Source: TPA_inf: Saccharomyces (lineage: Eukaryota). From it: a stretch of 64,000 bases of DNA. The notes below the pieces were generated by a model, which was given only the letters and a program-made list of their open reading frames with translations, was not told the origin of the DNA and searched no databases. A program made the translations under genes and the position numbers. The stretch is taken from positions 672,001 through 736,000 of the forward strand of contig BK006936.2 in the NCBI GenBank assembly GCA_000146045.2, in the 5' to 3' direction. This document shows positions 11,091-25,302 of the stretch, piece by piece; the stretch's first letter is position 1; each line of letters opens with the position of its first letter.

Positions 11091-11427
11091 TTATAGGCTA
11101 GTGGGTTTTCTTTCTTGAAACAATATTATTCCAGTTTACGCCTTTTCGTCTTTTTTCTTACTTGTCGATTAATCCTATTCATCATCTTTAAACTTCGCTC
11201 TTTAATTCACTTTTTTTTGTCTTTCCCCGATATGGTACTTACACGAAATATCATGATACAAAAGAAAACACGTACATACTCGTCAAACGATAAATACGCA
11301 CCTAGTCGTTAGCCGCATAAGTAACCTTTTTCATATTCAAACTTATCCATAGCCACATCCACTCTAACAATTTTAATCGTCCAGCGCGGCATTAAATAAT
11401 CTTTCTGTAATACTCTTTAGCTCAATT

Positions 11428-12669
11428 ATGTCCACAGAGACTACAAAACCATCAATCACTACTACACCAACTACTGTACTCGTTTCTCCCAACACGCTCA
11501 AAAGGAAAAAGGGTGAAGACACCAGCGAGGAACAACTGGAAGCAGAAATCAAACGCGTGGCCCTGAAGGATGCAGACAGCCACTCTGACAACGACCACGA
11601 TTCCCCCGACAATGTTCCCTCTGATGTACATTTACGAATGCTGTGCTTAGTCAAACACGCTTCACTGATAGTAGGACACAAGGGCGCCACTATATCTAGA
11701 ATAAAATCCGAAACCTCTGCTAGAATAAACATATCAAATAATATCAGAGGTGTTCCTGAAAGAATTGTTTACGTGAGGGGTACTTGCGATGATGTAGCCA
11801 AGGCATACGGCATGATAGTAAGAGCGCTGCTTGAAGAACATGGTAACGAAGATAACGGGGAAGACATTGAGATTTCTATCAACCTATTGATCCCTCATCA
11901 TCTTATGGGATGTATAATTGGCAAACGTGGGTCTCGGTTAAGAGAAATTGAGGATTTGAGTGCAGCAAAATTATTCGCGTCCCCGAATCAATTGCTGCTT
12001 TCTAACGATAGAATTTTAACCATTAACGGGGTTCCGGATGCTATCCATATTGCTACTTTCTACATTAGTCAAACATTGCTAAACTTTCAGATGGAATCTC
12101 CGCAGAAAAATGTGAAAAGGTCCATATACTATCAGCCAACTCAGTTTAACTCAGTATTAATAGACCATAGCCAACCGAACACCATTTTCCATCAAAGAAA
12201 CCACCAATATCATCCAAGCGATAAACTACTTTCATACAAACCCAACAAAAATTTACCAATATCATCTACTTTGTTGAGTATGGCCACACCGCAGTATACT
12301 ACTGCTAGCGTTGCAAACGCAACGGCCTTTCAACCGAACTTCGTTATCCCTAATGTGACAGTCTTAGACGGCCCTGTTATCAGTCCGGCACCCGGCAACC
12401 ATTTATTAATGAACTTTGTACAACAAGAGATATTCATAGATGAGAAATTTGTCGGAAATGTCATTGGCAAAGATGGCAAGCACATAAATTCGGTCAAGGA
12501 ATCCACAGGTTGTTCAATTATTATACAAGATCCTGTAGAAGGCTCTTCGGAGAGAAGACTTACCATAAGAGGTACGTTCATGGCGTCCCAAGCTGCTATT
12601 ATGTTGATTAGCAATAAAATTGAAATTGATAGATCAAATGCTGAACGTAAAAGAAGGTCGCCCCTCTAA
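11428..12669 (+). CDS. PBP2: RNA-binding protein with three KH domains (hnRNP K-like)
   Basis: 413 aa. KH GXXG loops: VGHKGATISRIK, IGKRGSRLREIE, IGKDGKHINSVK. ATG at 11428. Confidence 0.85.
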   Translation: MSTETTKPSITTTPTTVLVSPNTLKRKKGEDTSEEQLEAEIKRVALKDADSHSDNDHDSPDNVPSDVHLRMLCLVKHASLIVGHKGATISRIKSETSARINISNNIRGVPERIVYVRGTCDDVAKAYGMIVRALLEEHGNEDNGEDIEISINLLIPHHLMGCIIGKRGSRLREIEDLSAAKLFASPNQLLLSNDRILTINGVPDAIHIATFYISQTLLNFQMESPQKNVKRSIYYQPTQFNSVLIDHSQPNTIFHQRNHQYHPSDKLLSYKPNKNLPISSTLLSMATPQYTTASVANATAFQPNFVIPNVTVLDGPVISPAPGNHLLMNFVQQEIFIDEKFVGNVIGKDGKHINSVKESTGCSIIIQDPVEGSSERRLTIRGTFMASQAAIMLISNKIEIDRSNAERKRRSPL

Positions 12670-12976
12670 ATATACTGCTAGTCAATAAAAACACATAGAA
12701 AATAAAAATACAGAAACTACAAAAGGCAAAAAAAATAAAAGAAAAGGTAATAAATTGAATGAATGTAGATATATAAATATCAATAGAAATACGTACGCGG
12801 AATTATTTCTCTTTGTAACAAATTGATCAAAAGCTTTGTATTTTTTTTTTTTTTAGCTCGGCTGCGCGCTATTACAGTAATTACATGTAAATAAACTATT
12901 CCAAAGAATACAAAAGAAGAGCTTACAGTAGCCAGTCAAAGTCGCTGTGAAACATACACGGCGTTGTAGTCACAGT

Positions 12977-13261
12977 ATGGAACACAATCTTTCACCTTTA
13001 CAGCAAGAAGTATTGGACAAATACAAACAGCTTTCTTTAGATCTAAAAGCTCTGGATGAAACTATAAAAGAACTAAACTATTCGCAACACAGGCAACAGC
13101 ATTCACAGCAAGAAACTGTATCGCCAGATGAGATACTACAGGAGATGAGGGACATAGAGGTCAAAATTGGTTTAGTTGGGACACTGCTAAAAGGTAGCGT
13201 GTACTCGCTTATCTTGCAAAGAAAGCAAGAACAGGAGTCTTTGGGTAGCAATTCTAAATAA
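12977..13261 (+). CDS. DAD3: DASH/Dam1 outer-kinetochore complex subunit (94 aa)
   Basis: The track's ORF 12947..13261 begins at a GTG. The first ATG is at 12977 and gives 94 aa ([19 protein letters not shown]...), matching DAD3's size and coiled-coil character. Confidence 0.78.
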
Positions 13262-13437
13262 TGGTTTGGTGCAAGAAATTGATTCTGATGCTTTATTTTT
13301 TACGGTACACTACATTGTGCTGTGAGTTGTAATAATATAGTCTGTATATGCCAAGTGAAGAAAAAAACAATACAAACTCAAGGTGTATTATGAGGTAGGG
13401 AATACACATAACAATATATATATATACGTATGTATAT

Positions 13438-14592
13438 TTAAATTGTATAAATGACGATCTTACCGTCTAACCCACAGGAAGAGACTTGTGTGATTTGGCC
13501 GTTGGATTCCGCAAAAGGTCTTAATTCCACAATGGCGTTTTCATGTGCACTTTCTTGGACATCTGTGCTAACTTTACCTTTCAAGTCTAATTCTTTAAAC
13601 TTTCTCAATGCGGAAATACCGAAAGTTGAACTTTCATCATTATTACCACTCAGCTCGTCTGTATTACCAGATGCAGTTAAGGCAGAAGACTTGTTATTGT
13701 CTGATTTGTCTAGATTCTTCGCAAATTTCCAGCCTTCAGAGGCTTCGCTGAACAATACCGGATGACAAGAGTATCCTCCACAAACAATCTCGTGGTCGTT
13801 TATCCATACTAAGGACCTGTAAGGTAAACCTTCCGGAGCATTGACAGATTGCACTGGAGATTGGTAATCGACAACATTCAAAGTACCATCATGCGCTACA
13901 TAAGCAATTCTTTCCATCTGACTTCTCCATTCCACATCATGGATATAAGAACCCTGATACCACTCCCTGATTAAACAACCAAAAGGGAATTTCTGGCCCC
14001 AGGGTGATCCGGCGACGGATTCCTTGGAATCCAAACCCTTGATAAACCCGCTGAACACACGCATAAACCCATCAGTACCACCAGCAGCTAATAGGACTCC
14101 ATTTGCATGCCAAGACAGGCAATTGATGGTAGATTTGATGGGTTTCTTGATGTGCTTGGATACCCACCAATTATTCTCGTGTTCGTAATAACAAACAGCG
14201 ATGATTCTAGCACTGGACCCAACAGCAAACTTATAACCATTTGGTGCCCATGTAACTGAAGTAGCTGCTCTGTTAATACGAAGAAGTACTAACGTGGGCT
14301 TGTATGTCCCATCACTCAATGGCTCCCAAACGTAAGCATTACGGTCTTGGGAGCAAGTCACAATACGACCATGTATGGAAATGTCCACAGCAGTAATGGT
14401 TTTATCATGATCTTTCAACGTTGCGAATAAAACGGGAGGTGTGTTGTTTGAAACTCTATAGACAAGACAATCTGTTTCGCATGTAACGGCTAAAATAGAT
14501 TTATCTTGAGAAAAGCAATGAGAGTAGATTGGCGCTTTGACCAGCTTGTAGACGGCAACAACGGACTTGTCTTTAGAATTGGAAAATGACAT
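13438..14592 (-). CDS. ARC40: Arp2/3 complex 40-kDa WD40-repeat subunit
   Basis: 384 aa. WD-repeat signatures throughout. ATG at 14592-14590 on the minus strand. Confidence 0.9.
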   Translation of the reverse strand: MSFSNSKDKSVVAVYKLVKAPIYSHCFSQDKSILAVTCETDCLVYRVSNNTPPVLFATLKDHDKTITAVDISIHGRIVTCSQDRNAYVWEPLSDGTYKPTLVLLRINRAATSVTWAPNGYKFAVGSSARIIAVCYYEHENNWWVSKHIKKPIKSTINCLSWHANGVLLAAGGTDGFMRVFSGFIKGLDSKESVAGSPWGQKFPFGCLIREWYQGSYIHDVEWRSQMERIAYVAHDGTLNVVDYQSPVQSVNAPEGLPYRSLVWINDHEIVCGGYSCHPVLFSEASEGWKFAKNLDKSDNNKSSALTASGNTDELSGNNDESSTFGISALRKFKELDLKGKVSTDVQESAHENAIVELRPFAESNGQITQVSSCGLDGKIVIYTI

Positions 14593-14900
14593 TAGGAGAC
14601 TCTCAACTAATATACGTTTACTTCGGCTTATTTTTCCTATTTTTCTTTGTTTCTAATCTGGAAGCTTTCTCGATCAAGATTGCTCTTATTTGACCCTTTT
14701 TCATTATAGGCAAGGCGCGGGCGGGTGACAAGAAGATTTTGATAATTGTGCAACTGATAACGTAGGATTCATTATCAACATTGTTGTTAAAGAGTAACAA
14801 GGAAATCTAAGAAATGGTTGTGCTTGTTGTCGAAGAAGTGATAGAGACAGTGTTTTTGCCAGCCAATTCTCTTTAAGAATAGGCCTTTCTTGTAGGATTA

Positions 14901-17900
14901 ATGGTTAGTAGGTTTTATCAGATTCCAGGTACGCATCGGCCATCGTCGGCAATATCTTCTTCAAATGAATCTTCTTCACTGTTGTCTGCAAGGAGAATAA
15001 GTCAAACATATTTCAATTATCAGGCGACCCCTGAATGCCAAAAAGTTTCCTCTAAGTATGATCCTGATAACCCAAACAAAGATAAGTTGGGAACATACGA
15101 TGGGGTATTTGTGCCTACTGCTTTAAACGTATTGTCTATCCTTATGTTTCTTCGTTTTGGCTTCATTTTGGGTCAGTTAGGTATTATATGCACCATCGGT
15201 CTTCTGCTATTGAGTTACACTATTAATCTTCTCACCACGTTAAGTATATCTGCTATATCTACAAACGGGACTGTTAGGGGCGGGGGTGCTTATTATATGA
15301 TTTCAAGAAGTTTAGGACCTGAATTTGGTGGATCCATTGGGCTTGTCTTTTTCTTAGGGCAGGTGTTCAATGCAGGTATGAACGCAGTGGGTATTATCGA
15401 ACCTTTACTCTATAACTTGGGTTATTCTGCTCAAGGCGAGCCACCTGCAGCTTTGGGAGAGCTACTACCAAGAGGGCATTGGCACGAATTTACATATGCC
15501 ACGGTCATTCTTTTCTTATGTTTTTCTGTGGCTTTTGTTGGCTCGCAAACAGTGTCAAGAGCAGGGAATATTCTTTTTTTGGTACTGGCAGCTTCTATAT
15601 TTTCCATTCCACTTTCTGCATTGATAAGATCGCCATTCACTGAAGGCGGTATCAGTTATACAGGTCCTTCATGGCAAACTTTTCATGATAACCTGCTCCC
15701 TCACTTAACAAAAGGTGCAGCAGGTTCGTTACTCAAAGGTAAGGAAACATTCAATGATTTATTTGGCGTTTTTTTTCCTGCTACAGCTGGTATATTCGCG
15801 GGCGCAGGAATGTCAAGTGAATTGAGAAAGCCCTCTAAATCAATTCCTAAGGGTACCTTATGGGGTTTACTTTTCACTTTTATCTGTTATGCCGTTGTTG
15901 TCTTCTCCATGGGTTGTTCCATTCCCAGAAGATCGTTATATGATGAAGTACAAATTATACAGACGATCAGTTCCGTTCAGTGGGTTATATTCATGGGTGA
16001 AATGGCTACTTCTCTTTTCTCCATCATAGTGGGGATGCTCGGTGCTGCTTATGTATTAGAAGCAATTGCAAAGGATAACATTATTCCTGGTTTGGAGATT
16101 TTTGCTCATTCACCGTTATATTCATTGATTTTTACTTGGATTCTAACACAGCTATGTTTGTTTTCAGACGTCAATAAAATCGCCACATTTATCACAATGA
16201 CATTCTTAATGACGTTTGTGGTCATGAATTTGGCGTGCTTCCTATTAGGTATTTCCTCTGCTCCCAATTTCAGGCCCTCTTTCAAATACTTTAACAGGTA
16301 TACTACAGCAATTGGCGCATTACTTTCTGTTGTTGCGATGTTAATAGTTGATGGCATCTCAGCGTCTGTCTTGTTTTTGGCTATGATTTTGCTATTTTTA
16401 TTCATTCATTATTTTTCACCACCGAAGTCTTGGGGTGATGTGTCTCAAAGTTTAATATATCATCAAGTGAGAAAGTATTTGCTTCGCCTACGTCAAGACA
16501 ATATTAAATACTGGAGGCCTCAAATATTGCTGTTTGTAGATAATCCAAGGACGAGCTGGAACTTAATAAGGTTTTGCAATCATTTGAAAAAAGGTGGTTT
16601 GTATATTTTAGGCCATGTTGCAGTAACTGCGGATTTTCCGAAGCAACTAAATGAATTAAAAACTCAGCAGAAAGCTTGGATGAAGATCAGAGACATGGCA
16701 GCAATAAAGGCTTTTGTCCAAGTTGGGACTGGTCCCTCCCTTATATGGGGAATTAGGAATGTTTTTATTGGTTCCGGGCTTGGAGGTATGAAACCAAACA
16801 TTACTGTTGTCGGTTTTTTTGACCTCGAAAGTTATAGAAAGCACATCCCACAAAGTCGCAGCCAAAATAACCTTCAGAAACAGGTGGAAATAAAAGCTAC
16901 AGTGCCACGTAGTACATGCTCTGATGTCAAAATCAATGTTCCATTGCCTACGGATGAGTGTAAAAATGAAACCAAAGTTAATGTACAACAATGGGTTCAA
17001 ATTGTAGAAGATCTATCACTGATGCAATCCAATATTGCCATAGCGCATGGATTCAAAAATTTAGAGATACCGAACAAAAGGGACAGCTGCTTTCCAAAAA
17101 AAACTATAGATCTTTATCCCATCCAAATGTGCGGAAAAGTTGAGGCAAAGGGTGACCAGCCTGCGGCTATCACTACTAACTTTGATACGTATACACTGAT
17201 TCTACAATTAGCTGCCATTTTGGTTACTGTTCCTGAATGGAAGCGCACACATTCGCTTCGAGTTATTTTATTTGTGGAACAAGAATATCATAGAACGAAC
17301 GAAACTCAACGAATGAAAAAGCTATTACAGGTTCTAAGAATTGACGCAGAGGTTTTGGTAGTATCTTTAGATCAATTCAGAGTATACAACACAATTGTCA
17401 AGGGAGACCCAATCGTGTTTGATTATGTCAACTCGAAATTGGCCGATAATGAATGGTGGAAAGATTTGGTTGAAGCTCGTGATACATTAAAACCGAAGCG
17501 GAGGTTTTCCACTATTGAACCTCAAACGATAGCAAAGCAATTTACACAATCAAGAAAATATACGTCTGGGGTTCAGAAATTGGGTGTCTCATTTACAATG
17601 AATACGAGAATGCCAACTAACCGCATTGATACCCCATGCGAGAGTGAGGACTCCGATTTGGATACAGATCTTACGTCAATTCGTGATGCCTTCTCGGCAT
17701 CGACTAATATTTCAGTAGGTAAGGACTTAACGACCAAATCGAAGACCGGTTCCGACAGAACAAATTTACTCGTAAAGAATTTACAAAGCGATGTGTCAAC
17801 ACAGTCGTTAAGACCCGTTTTCTCGAGTAATACTTTGCCGAGGACGAGAGTCGTGGAAGATGGCACGGGTGAACAGCCGACACTGATCCCAATTGCCGAA

Positions 17901-18263
17901 CCTGACCTTTCGAATGGGAACGGTACTGGGAGCGGTATTGGCAACGGCAACAAATTAAAGAAACCGGTTCTTCCCGAATTATCACCTTGTTGTTCAAAAG
18001 ATAGTTTAGTCACAGCGATGCAAAATTTAGGTTTCAATGATCTTCCCAGCACTGCTCAACATTTGGTTCTGAATGATGTGATGACACAAATGTCAAAGAG
18101 TTCGGATTTAATTTTTTCAACCTTGCCAGTTCCAGCTCTTGGAACACATGAAGATCACGATGCAAGTTTACAATATGTCGAGGACTTGGATATTTGGTTG
18201 GAGGGCTTACCTCCATGCATGTTAATCAATTCGCAAACCATGACAGTAACTACTGCATTATAG
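14901..18263 (+). CDS. VHC1: Vacuolar cation-chloride cotransporter of the SLC12 family
   Basis: 1120 aa. About 12 transmembrane segments with SLC12/amino-acid-permease core motifs, plus a long hydrophilic C-terminal domain. Confidence 0.9.
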   Translation: MVSRFYQIPGTHRPSSAISSSNESSSLLSARRISQTYFNYQATPECQKVSSKYDPDNPNKDKLGTYDGVFVPTALNVLSILMFLRFGFILGQLGIICTIGLLLLSYTINLLTTLSISAISTNGTVRGGGAYYMISRSLGPEFGGSIGLVFFLGQVFNAGMNAVGIIEPLLYNLGYSAQGEPPAALGELLPRGHWHEFTYATVILFLCFSVAFVGSQTVSRAGNILFLVLAASIFSIPLSALIRSPFTEGGISYTGPSWQTFHDNLLPHLTKGAAGSLLKGKETFNDLFGVFFPATAGIFAGAGMSSELRKPSKSIPKGTLWGLLFTFICYAVVVFSMGCSIPRRSLYDEVQIIQTISSVQWVIFMGEMATSLFSIIVGMLGAAYVLEAIAKDNIIPGLEIFAHSPLYSLIFTWILTQLCLFSDVNKIATFITMTFLMTFVVMNLACFLLGISSAPNFRPSFKYFNRYTTAIGALLSVVAMLIVDGISASVLFLAMILLFLFIHYFSPPKSWGDVSQSLIYHQVRKYLLRLRQDNIKYWRPQILLFVDNPRTSWNLIRFCNHLKKGGLYILGHVAVTADFPKQLNELKTQQKAWMKIRDMAAIKAFVQVGTGPSLIWGIRNVFIGSGLGGMKPNITVVGFFDLESYRKHIPQSRSQNNLQKQVEIKATVPRSTCSDVKINVPLPTDECKNETKVNVQQWVQIVEDLSLMQSNIAIAHGFKNLEIPNKRDSCFPKKTIDLYPIQMCGKVEAKGDQPAAITTNFDTYTLILQLAAILVTVPEWKRTHSLRVILFVEQEYHRTNETQRMKKLLQVLRIDAEVLVVSLDQFRVYNTIVKGDPIVFDYVNSKLADNEWWKDLVEARDTLKPKRRFSTIEPQTIAKQFTQSRKYTSGVQKLGVSFTMNTRMPTNRIDTPCESEDSDLDTDLTSIRDAFSASTNISVGKDLTTKSKTGSDRTNLLVKNLQSDVSTQSLRPVFSSNTLPRTRVVEDGTGEQPTLIPIAEPDLSNGNGTGSGIGNGNKLKKPVLPELSPCCSKDSLVTAMQNLGFNDLPSTAQHLVLNDVMTQMSKSSDLIFSTLPVPALGTHEDHDASLQYVEDLDIWLEGLPPCMLINSQTMTVTTAL

Positions 18264-18382
18264 AATAACACATATATCGTTATGCATTTCCCCAGAACTT
18301 ATTTACTACATATAGAAGTCTTGTAATACGGCCGAAATACAGATGCTTTATAGTAGGGTTATTGTTTCTATTCATTTTTATT

Positions 18383-19702
<1,320 letters not shown>

Positions 19703-19968
19703 CTAAGACGGATAATGGACGACTCCACGTTGTAGTAGTTGTCACATTAATCGGAAAAGTGTCTCACATGTAAAGGATTAAAATAAGAAATCTTCTAATT
19801 TATGTTGAAATATCTTGATTTACCATTACCCGGATTAGATGAAACTAATTAAAGTCATTTAGAGCAATGGACCAAACTAAAGGTATTAGAGTTCTTTCTA
19901 ATATAATACAGCGCCAAATAATTCGAGAAGGGAAATCATAACGCTGTTGCCTTGGGTTTATTTGAGGT

Positions 19969-22518
19969 ATGGAAACTATTGATTCGAAGCAAAATATTAA
20001 TAGGGAGTCTTTATTGGAGGAAAGGAGGAAAAAACTAGCAAAATGGAAACAAAAAAAAGCACAATTTGATGCTCAGAAAGAGCATCAAACTTCACGCAAT
20101 GACATTGTTACTAACAGTTTAGAAGGTAAGCAGACTACTGAAAAGTTTACGGAAAGACAGGAACGTGTAAAAGAAGAGCTTCGGAAGAGAAAAAATGAAT
20201 TTAGGAAATCTGACGAACCTGTATCGGTTAAGCCTTCGAAGAAAAAGTCGAAGAGAAGTAAGGTAAAGAAGAAAATATCCTTCGACTTCAGTGATGACGA
20301 TGATTCTGAAATAGGAGTTTCTTTTAGATCGAAGGAGCACATTCAAAAAGCTCCAGAGCATGATAATGAAAAAGATCCACTGGATGAGTTTATGACGTCA
20401 TTGAAGGAGGAGAAAATGAGTAATAGTAAAGGCATGTACGACAGAGGCGACATTCTTGATGTAGAGGATCAATTGTTTGAACTTGGAGGAACCGACGATG
20501 AGGATGTTGAAGATAATACGGATAATTCTAATATAGCGAAAATTGCTAAACTCAAAGCAAAAAAACGTGTAAAGCAAATTTATTACTCTCCAGAAGAGCT
20601 TGAGCCGTTCCAAAAAAATTTTTATATAGAATCTGAAACAGTTTCCTCGATGTCAGAGATGGAAGTTGAGGAGCTTAGACTTAGTCTGGATAATATCAAA
20701 ATAAAGGGAACAGGTTGCCCCAAACCAGTCACAAAGTGGTCTCAACTGGGACTATCAACGGACACCATGGTTTTAATTACAGAAAAGTTGCACTTTGGCT
20801 CCTTAACGCCTATTCAATCCCAGGCTCTTCCCGCTATTATGTCAGGTCGTGATGTTATAGGAATATCAAAAACTGGCTCCGGCAAGACCATCTCCTATCT
20901 TTTACCATTGCTAAGACAAGTAAAAGCTCAACGGCCATTATCAAAACATGAAACAGGGCCCATGGGTTTAATTCTGGCTCCAACTAGAGAGCTAGCTTTA
21001 CAAATACATGAAGAAGTTACTAAATTCACAGAAGCAGATACATCCATTAGATCAGTATGCTGTACAGGAGGTTCTGAAATGAAAAAGCAGATTACTGATC
21101 TTAAAAGAGGCACTGAGATTGTTGTTGCCACACCGGGACGATTTATTGATATATTAACACTAAATGATGGGAAATTACTTAGTACTAAAAGAATAACGTT
21201 CGTAGTAATGGATGAGGCAGACAGGCTGTTCGATTTAGGTTTTGAACCTCAAATAACGCAAATCATGAAAACTGTTCGACCGGATAAACAGTGTGTTCTA
21301 TTTAGTGCAACTTTTCCGAACAAACTACGCAGTTTTGCCGTAAGAGTTTTGCATTCCCCAATATCTATTACGATTAATTCAAAGGGAATGGTTAATGAAA
21401 ACGTAAAACAAAAGTTTAGAATATGCCATTCAGAAGATGAAAAATTTGACAATCTGGTGCAGCTTATCCATGAGCGCAGTGAATTTTTTGACGAGGTTCA
21501 AAGTGAAAATGACGGACAGTCAAGCGATGTTGAAGAAGTTGATGCTAAAGCCATTATATTTGTATCAAGTCAGAATATTTGCGACTTCATTTCAAAAAAG
21601 CTGTTAAATGCTGGAATTGTGACCTGTGCTATTCATGCAGGTAAGCCATATCAAGAAAGGCTTATGAACTTAGAAAAGTTCAAACGAGAAAAGAACAGTA
21701 TTCTTCTCTGTACAGAGGTTCTCTCAAGAGGTTTAAATGTTCCCGAAGTGTCGTTGGTTATTATCTATAACGCCGTCAAAACTTTCGCGCAATATGTTCA
21801 TACTACTGGAAGAACTGCCAGAGGTAGTCGCTCCGGTACTGCTATTACTCTTCTATTGCATGATGAACTGTCAGGTGCTTATATCTTGAGCAAGGCAATG
21901 CGCGATGAAGAAATAAAAGCTTTAGACCCTCTGCAAGCAAAAGAACTTCAGGAAATGAGTGCCAAGTTTGAATCCGGTATGAAAAAGGGTAAGTTTAGGT
22001 TGTCGAAAGGGTTCGGCGGCAAAGGACTGGAAAATATCAAAAGTAAAAGAGAGGAAGCTCAAAATAAAGATTTGGAGCTCAAAAAGAATGATAAGAGGAG
22101 CGATGACTTGGAAAAGAAAATCAGCAATCCACGCGAAGGGCATGACAGTGTGTCTGAGTCTTCTGCGCTTATTCCGAGACTCAATTATGAACTATTCAAA
22201 GAGTCTACAGACGGGTCGATCATCTTTTACGCCAAGGTTTATATTAATGATTTACCCCAGATTGTAAGATGGGAGGCTACAAAGAATACAACCTTATTAT
22301 TTATCAAGCATGAAACCGGATGTAGTATTACTAACAAGGGTAAATTTTACCCTGAAGGGAAGGAACCAAAGAATGAAAACGATGAGCCTAAACTATACTT
22401 ATTGATCGAAGGCCAAGATGAGAAAGACATACAATTAAGTATAGAATTGCTGGAGCAAAAAGTTAAAGAGGGGGTCGTAAAGGCTGCAAGCTTGTCTTTG
22501 AAGAGTACTAAATACTAG
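19969..22518 (+). CDS. PRP5: DEAD-box ATPase acting in pre-spliceosome formation
   Basis: 849 aa. Q-motif, GSGKT Walker A, DEAD (VMDEAD), SAT and HTTGRTAR motifs. Lys/Glu/Asp-rich N-terminus. Confidence 0.9.
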
Positions 22519-23106
22519 TTTTTAGAATTTAACTCACTCGTGGTGCTATATACTTTCGTAGTTAGTTCTGAAATTTTTAGGGTGGTAATTTAAAGCATAT
22601 TCAATCATAATAAAAAAAAAAAAAGAGAATTATTAGGAAAAATAAAAACAAAATAATATATAATATATGATGTAGAAAAAAATCTTGAAATTTTTATCGA
22701 TTCGAATAAAATGGAATTTAAAAAAGTGGGAAAGAAACAATGAGAATTCATAGGATATAATGAAAGGTAAATGCTTTAAAAAAAAATTAAGAGGGGAAAA
22801 TAAAAGTAGAAAAGCAAATAAAAACAAAACATGGAATAAAAGTAACTTCAAAAAAATTTATCAAGAAAATGGTAGGCTTGAAGAATATAATAATAGTTTT
22901 TTAGTTGATTTGAGATGTGATATGACAAATAAAAAATAATGAAATAACGATAAAAATAAGGAAGGGAAAAACTGACAATCGAATAATAATATTAATAATG
23001 GTAAGTTTATCACATCAATTCATAGGGAATATAAATTTGAAATTGTTACTCTTCTTTCTTTTTTTGTTCTGTAGAGAAAGAAGGTGAAAAGTGAAGGATA
23101 TTAACT

Positions 23107-25302
23107 TTAAACACACGTTGGCTTCAAATTATGTAATTCAGGAATAGGAATATCGTTAACGATTAAAGTTTGGAATTGGTTCAAAACTTCTTGCAAAACG
23201 GAATATTTGACAGCGGTCCCTGTTGTTAATCTGGCTAGTTGTCTGGAATCACGGCAATATGGAGAGTAACGTTTAACAATTTTCAAATACAAAACCATTC
23301 TGCCGTCAACTGGTATGGAAGAAGAAGCAGCCTCCGCAGCAAATTCATCAAATGCACCAGAAGCAGTTGCTGCTTGCAATGCTGGATGAGAGTAGAAGTC
23401 CATTGGATTTTGAGGATTGTTGAACAAATGCTCTGGTGCTGGAGTATCCATTGGAGTTAAGGATGGCGAAGGAGTTGCGGTTCTGCTTATTTGAGTGCTG
23501 TTCATGTTACTTTTCTTGGAATCTCTATCATTTTGGGTCCATGTTACAGTAGCATCTCTTAAGGCCGCCCAATCTGCGTTGGCAATAAATCTTTGACCAA
23601 TTTCATCTGATTTGCGGATTAAATCCATCCATCTTTGGAGAATTTCTGCATTCGAAGCATCATCGACAGATCCCATAGACTTTAATAAGATTCTATAAGC
23701 GACTATTGTTTTTGGAATGTGGTACGCCTCGTAACTCTTATCGATGTATTCTAAAATACTGCGGTCATGCCAGACAGTGCATTTAGCCAAGATAATGTTA
23801 AAGAAAGGTTCATCTATATGCTTGATGTTGTTGTAAGTTTGAATAATATTTTGTAAAGTTTGAAAACCTTGCATCTTGTCCACAGCATAATTTTCAAAAA
23901 AAATGTCGAAAAAAGTGTCATTCAAAGATGAAGAAATACCGTGGTTGACGTTTCTACCATAATGTAAAGAAGACTTGTACCAGATTTGATAGATGTGGTT
24001 GAAATCACGGGTTTGGCTCCATATGTTTCTTAAAAAGGATTTCACGTAGGAAACTTGCAAGTCTATCTTGTATGGCATTTCATCATTTAAAGCCTTGTCA
24101 AAAAAGGTTTGAGCCACATTCAAGTCTTTACATTCACCAATGAAGGAAAGATGGGTTTCTATCAAATAACCGTATTTCATTTCGGTTGATTCTTGGCATA
24201 ATTTTTGGAATAATTTGAGAGCCATGTCATTTTCACTAGCAGATAAAGAGGCTCTGATCATCCCAACTGAAAGATTTGGATGGAAGTAATTAATCATCGA
24301 TGAAGACTTTTCATATAGAGCTTGAATTTCTGGATAAGAGACACCATTGTCGTATAAGATGGGTAATATAACACCGACAACTCTTGGATTCAGAAAAATA
24401 TTAGATGTGTAGGTATTTTGCCCATTGATTGCAGCTTTCCATATGTCGACAGCTTCCTCAAACAACAAAAGCTCCTTAAACGCAGTTATCAAATGCATAG
24501 CACCGTATTCGTTCAGTTCGACCTTGCCGTTTAGAACGTCTTCGGAGATCTCTCTCAAAGATTTGCAAAGATAGTTTGTCATTTCTTTGTGAAAGGATTG
24601 AGAGTCGTAATCAGGTTTCTTGTTCATTCTCGTCAACTGATTTCTATTAGCTCTCAACCCATTGTGAAGTAAATGTACAAGCTTGGAGACACGATCAGAA
24701 TTTAATTCCGGTGTAGTGAGTAGATCATGATACAGCCCCATTGCTCTACCTATAGAATCCCAAAATAATGGATTAGCGTTAGAATTTGGATGTTCTGAAT
24801 GGTGTTTCATGTTTTGACGCCTTGGAGTTTGTGACATATAAAGAGTCTGTGAAACGCAATCTTCGAAGGCACAAACCTTATGAAACCATGGGGAGTCTGG
24901 GCTAATTGAATTACCTTGATTGGAGTTATTATACTTGCTATGATTATGGTTATTTTGATGATGGTTACGATTGTTATTGTGGTGATGATTACGGTTATTG
25001 TTATGATGGTTGTTACTATTATTGCTGTTATTCTGAGCTAGATGATTGTTGTTGTTGGCTCCAATGTTGCCACCAAAGTGAGGAACAAAATGGTTGGCTG
25101 GGCTTACCTGATAAGTAGCGAGGGCTGGATTGTTAAAAGTAGCAGGCGTGTAAGGAATGGCATAGTTGTGTTCATGGTGCTCCATAGCGATTGTACCGTT
25201 AAATTTCATTGGATGAGTCAGCGAATTCTTTGTCGGATGTGGAACAAACTGGTTTGGGGGTTTGCCCTTCAGTACTTGTGTTTGCTGAGCTAAACGGATC
25301 AT
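23107..25302 (-). CDS. YBR238C: Mitochondrial membrane-associated protein (RMD9 paralogue) with an Asn/His-rich low-complexity tract
   Basis: The track's ORF starts at a GTG (25359). The first ATG (25302) gives 731 aa (MIRLAQQTQ...), the size I recall for YBR238C. Confidence 0.75.
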   Translation of the reverse strand: MIRLAQQTQVLKGKPPNQFVPHPTKNSLTHPMKFNGTIAMEHHEHNYAIPYTPATFNNPALATYQVSPANHFVPHFGGNIGANNNNHLAQNNSNNSNNHHNNNRNHHHNNNRNHHQNNHNHSKYNNSNQGNSISPDSPWFHKVCAFEDCVSQTLYMSQTPRRQNMKHHSEHPNSNANPLFWDSIGRAMGLYHDLLTTPELNSDRVSKLVHLLHNGLRANRNQLTRMNKKPDYDSQSFHKEMTNYLCKSLREISEDVLNGKVELNEYGAMHLITAFKELLLFEEAVDIWKAAINGQNTYTSNIFLNPRVVGVILPILYDNGVSYPEIQALYEKSSSMINYFHPNLSVGMIRASLSASENDMALKLFQKLCQESTEMKYGYLIETHLSFIGECKDLNVAQTFFDKALNDEMPYKIDLQVSYVKSFLRNIWSQTRDFNHIYQIWYKSSLHYGRNVNHGISSSLNDTFFDIFFENYAVDKMQGFQTLQNIIQTYNNIKHIDEPFFNIILAKCTVWHDRSILEYIDKSYEAYHIPKTIVAYRILLKSMGSVDDASNAEILQRWMDLIRKSDEIGQRFIANADWAALRDATVTWTQNDRDSKKSNMNSTQISRTATPSPSLTPMDTPAPEHLFNNPQNPMDFYSHPALQAATASGAFDEFAAEAASSSIPVDGRMVLYLKIVKRYSPYCRDSRQLARLTTGTAVKYSVLQEVLNQFQTLIVNDIPIPELHNLKPTCV

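Noticed and set aside
11373-11732. 119-aa minus-strand ORF overlapping the PBP2 5' end (the dubious YBR232C position)
   Set aside because: It is antisense to the KH-domain gene and crosses the PBP2 promoter, and has no motif support.
15431-18216. Several 60-160 aa ORFs antisense within VHC1 (e.g. 17573..18052)
   Set aside because: They sit inside a long, motif-supported coding region and have no independent support.
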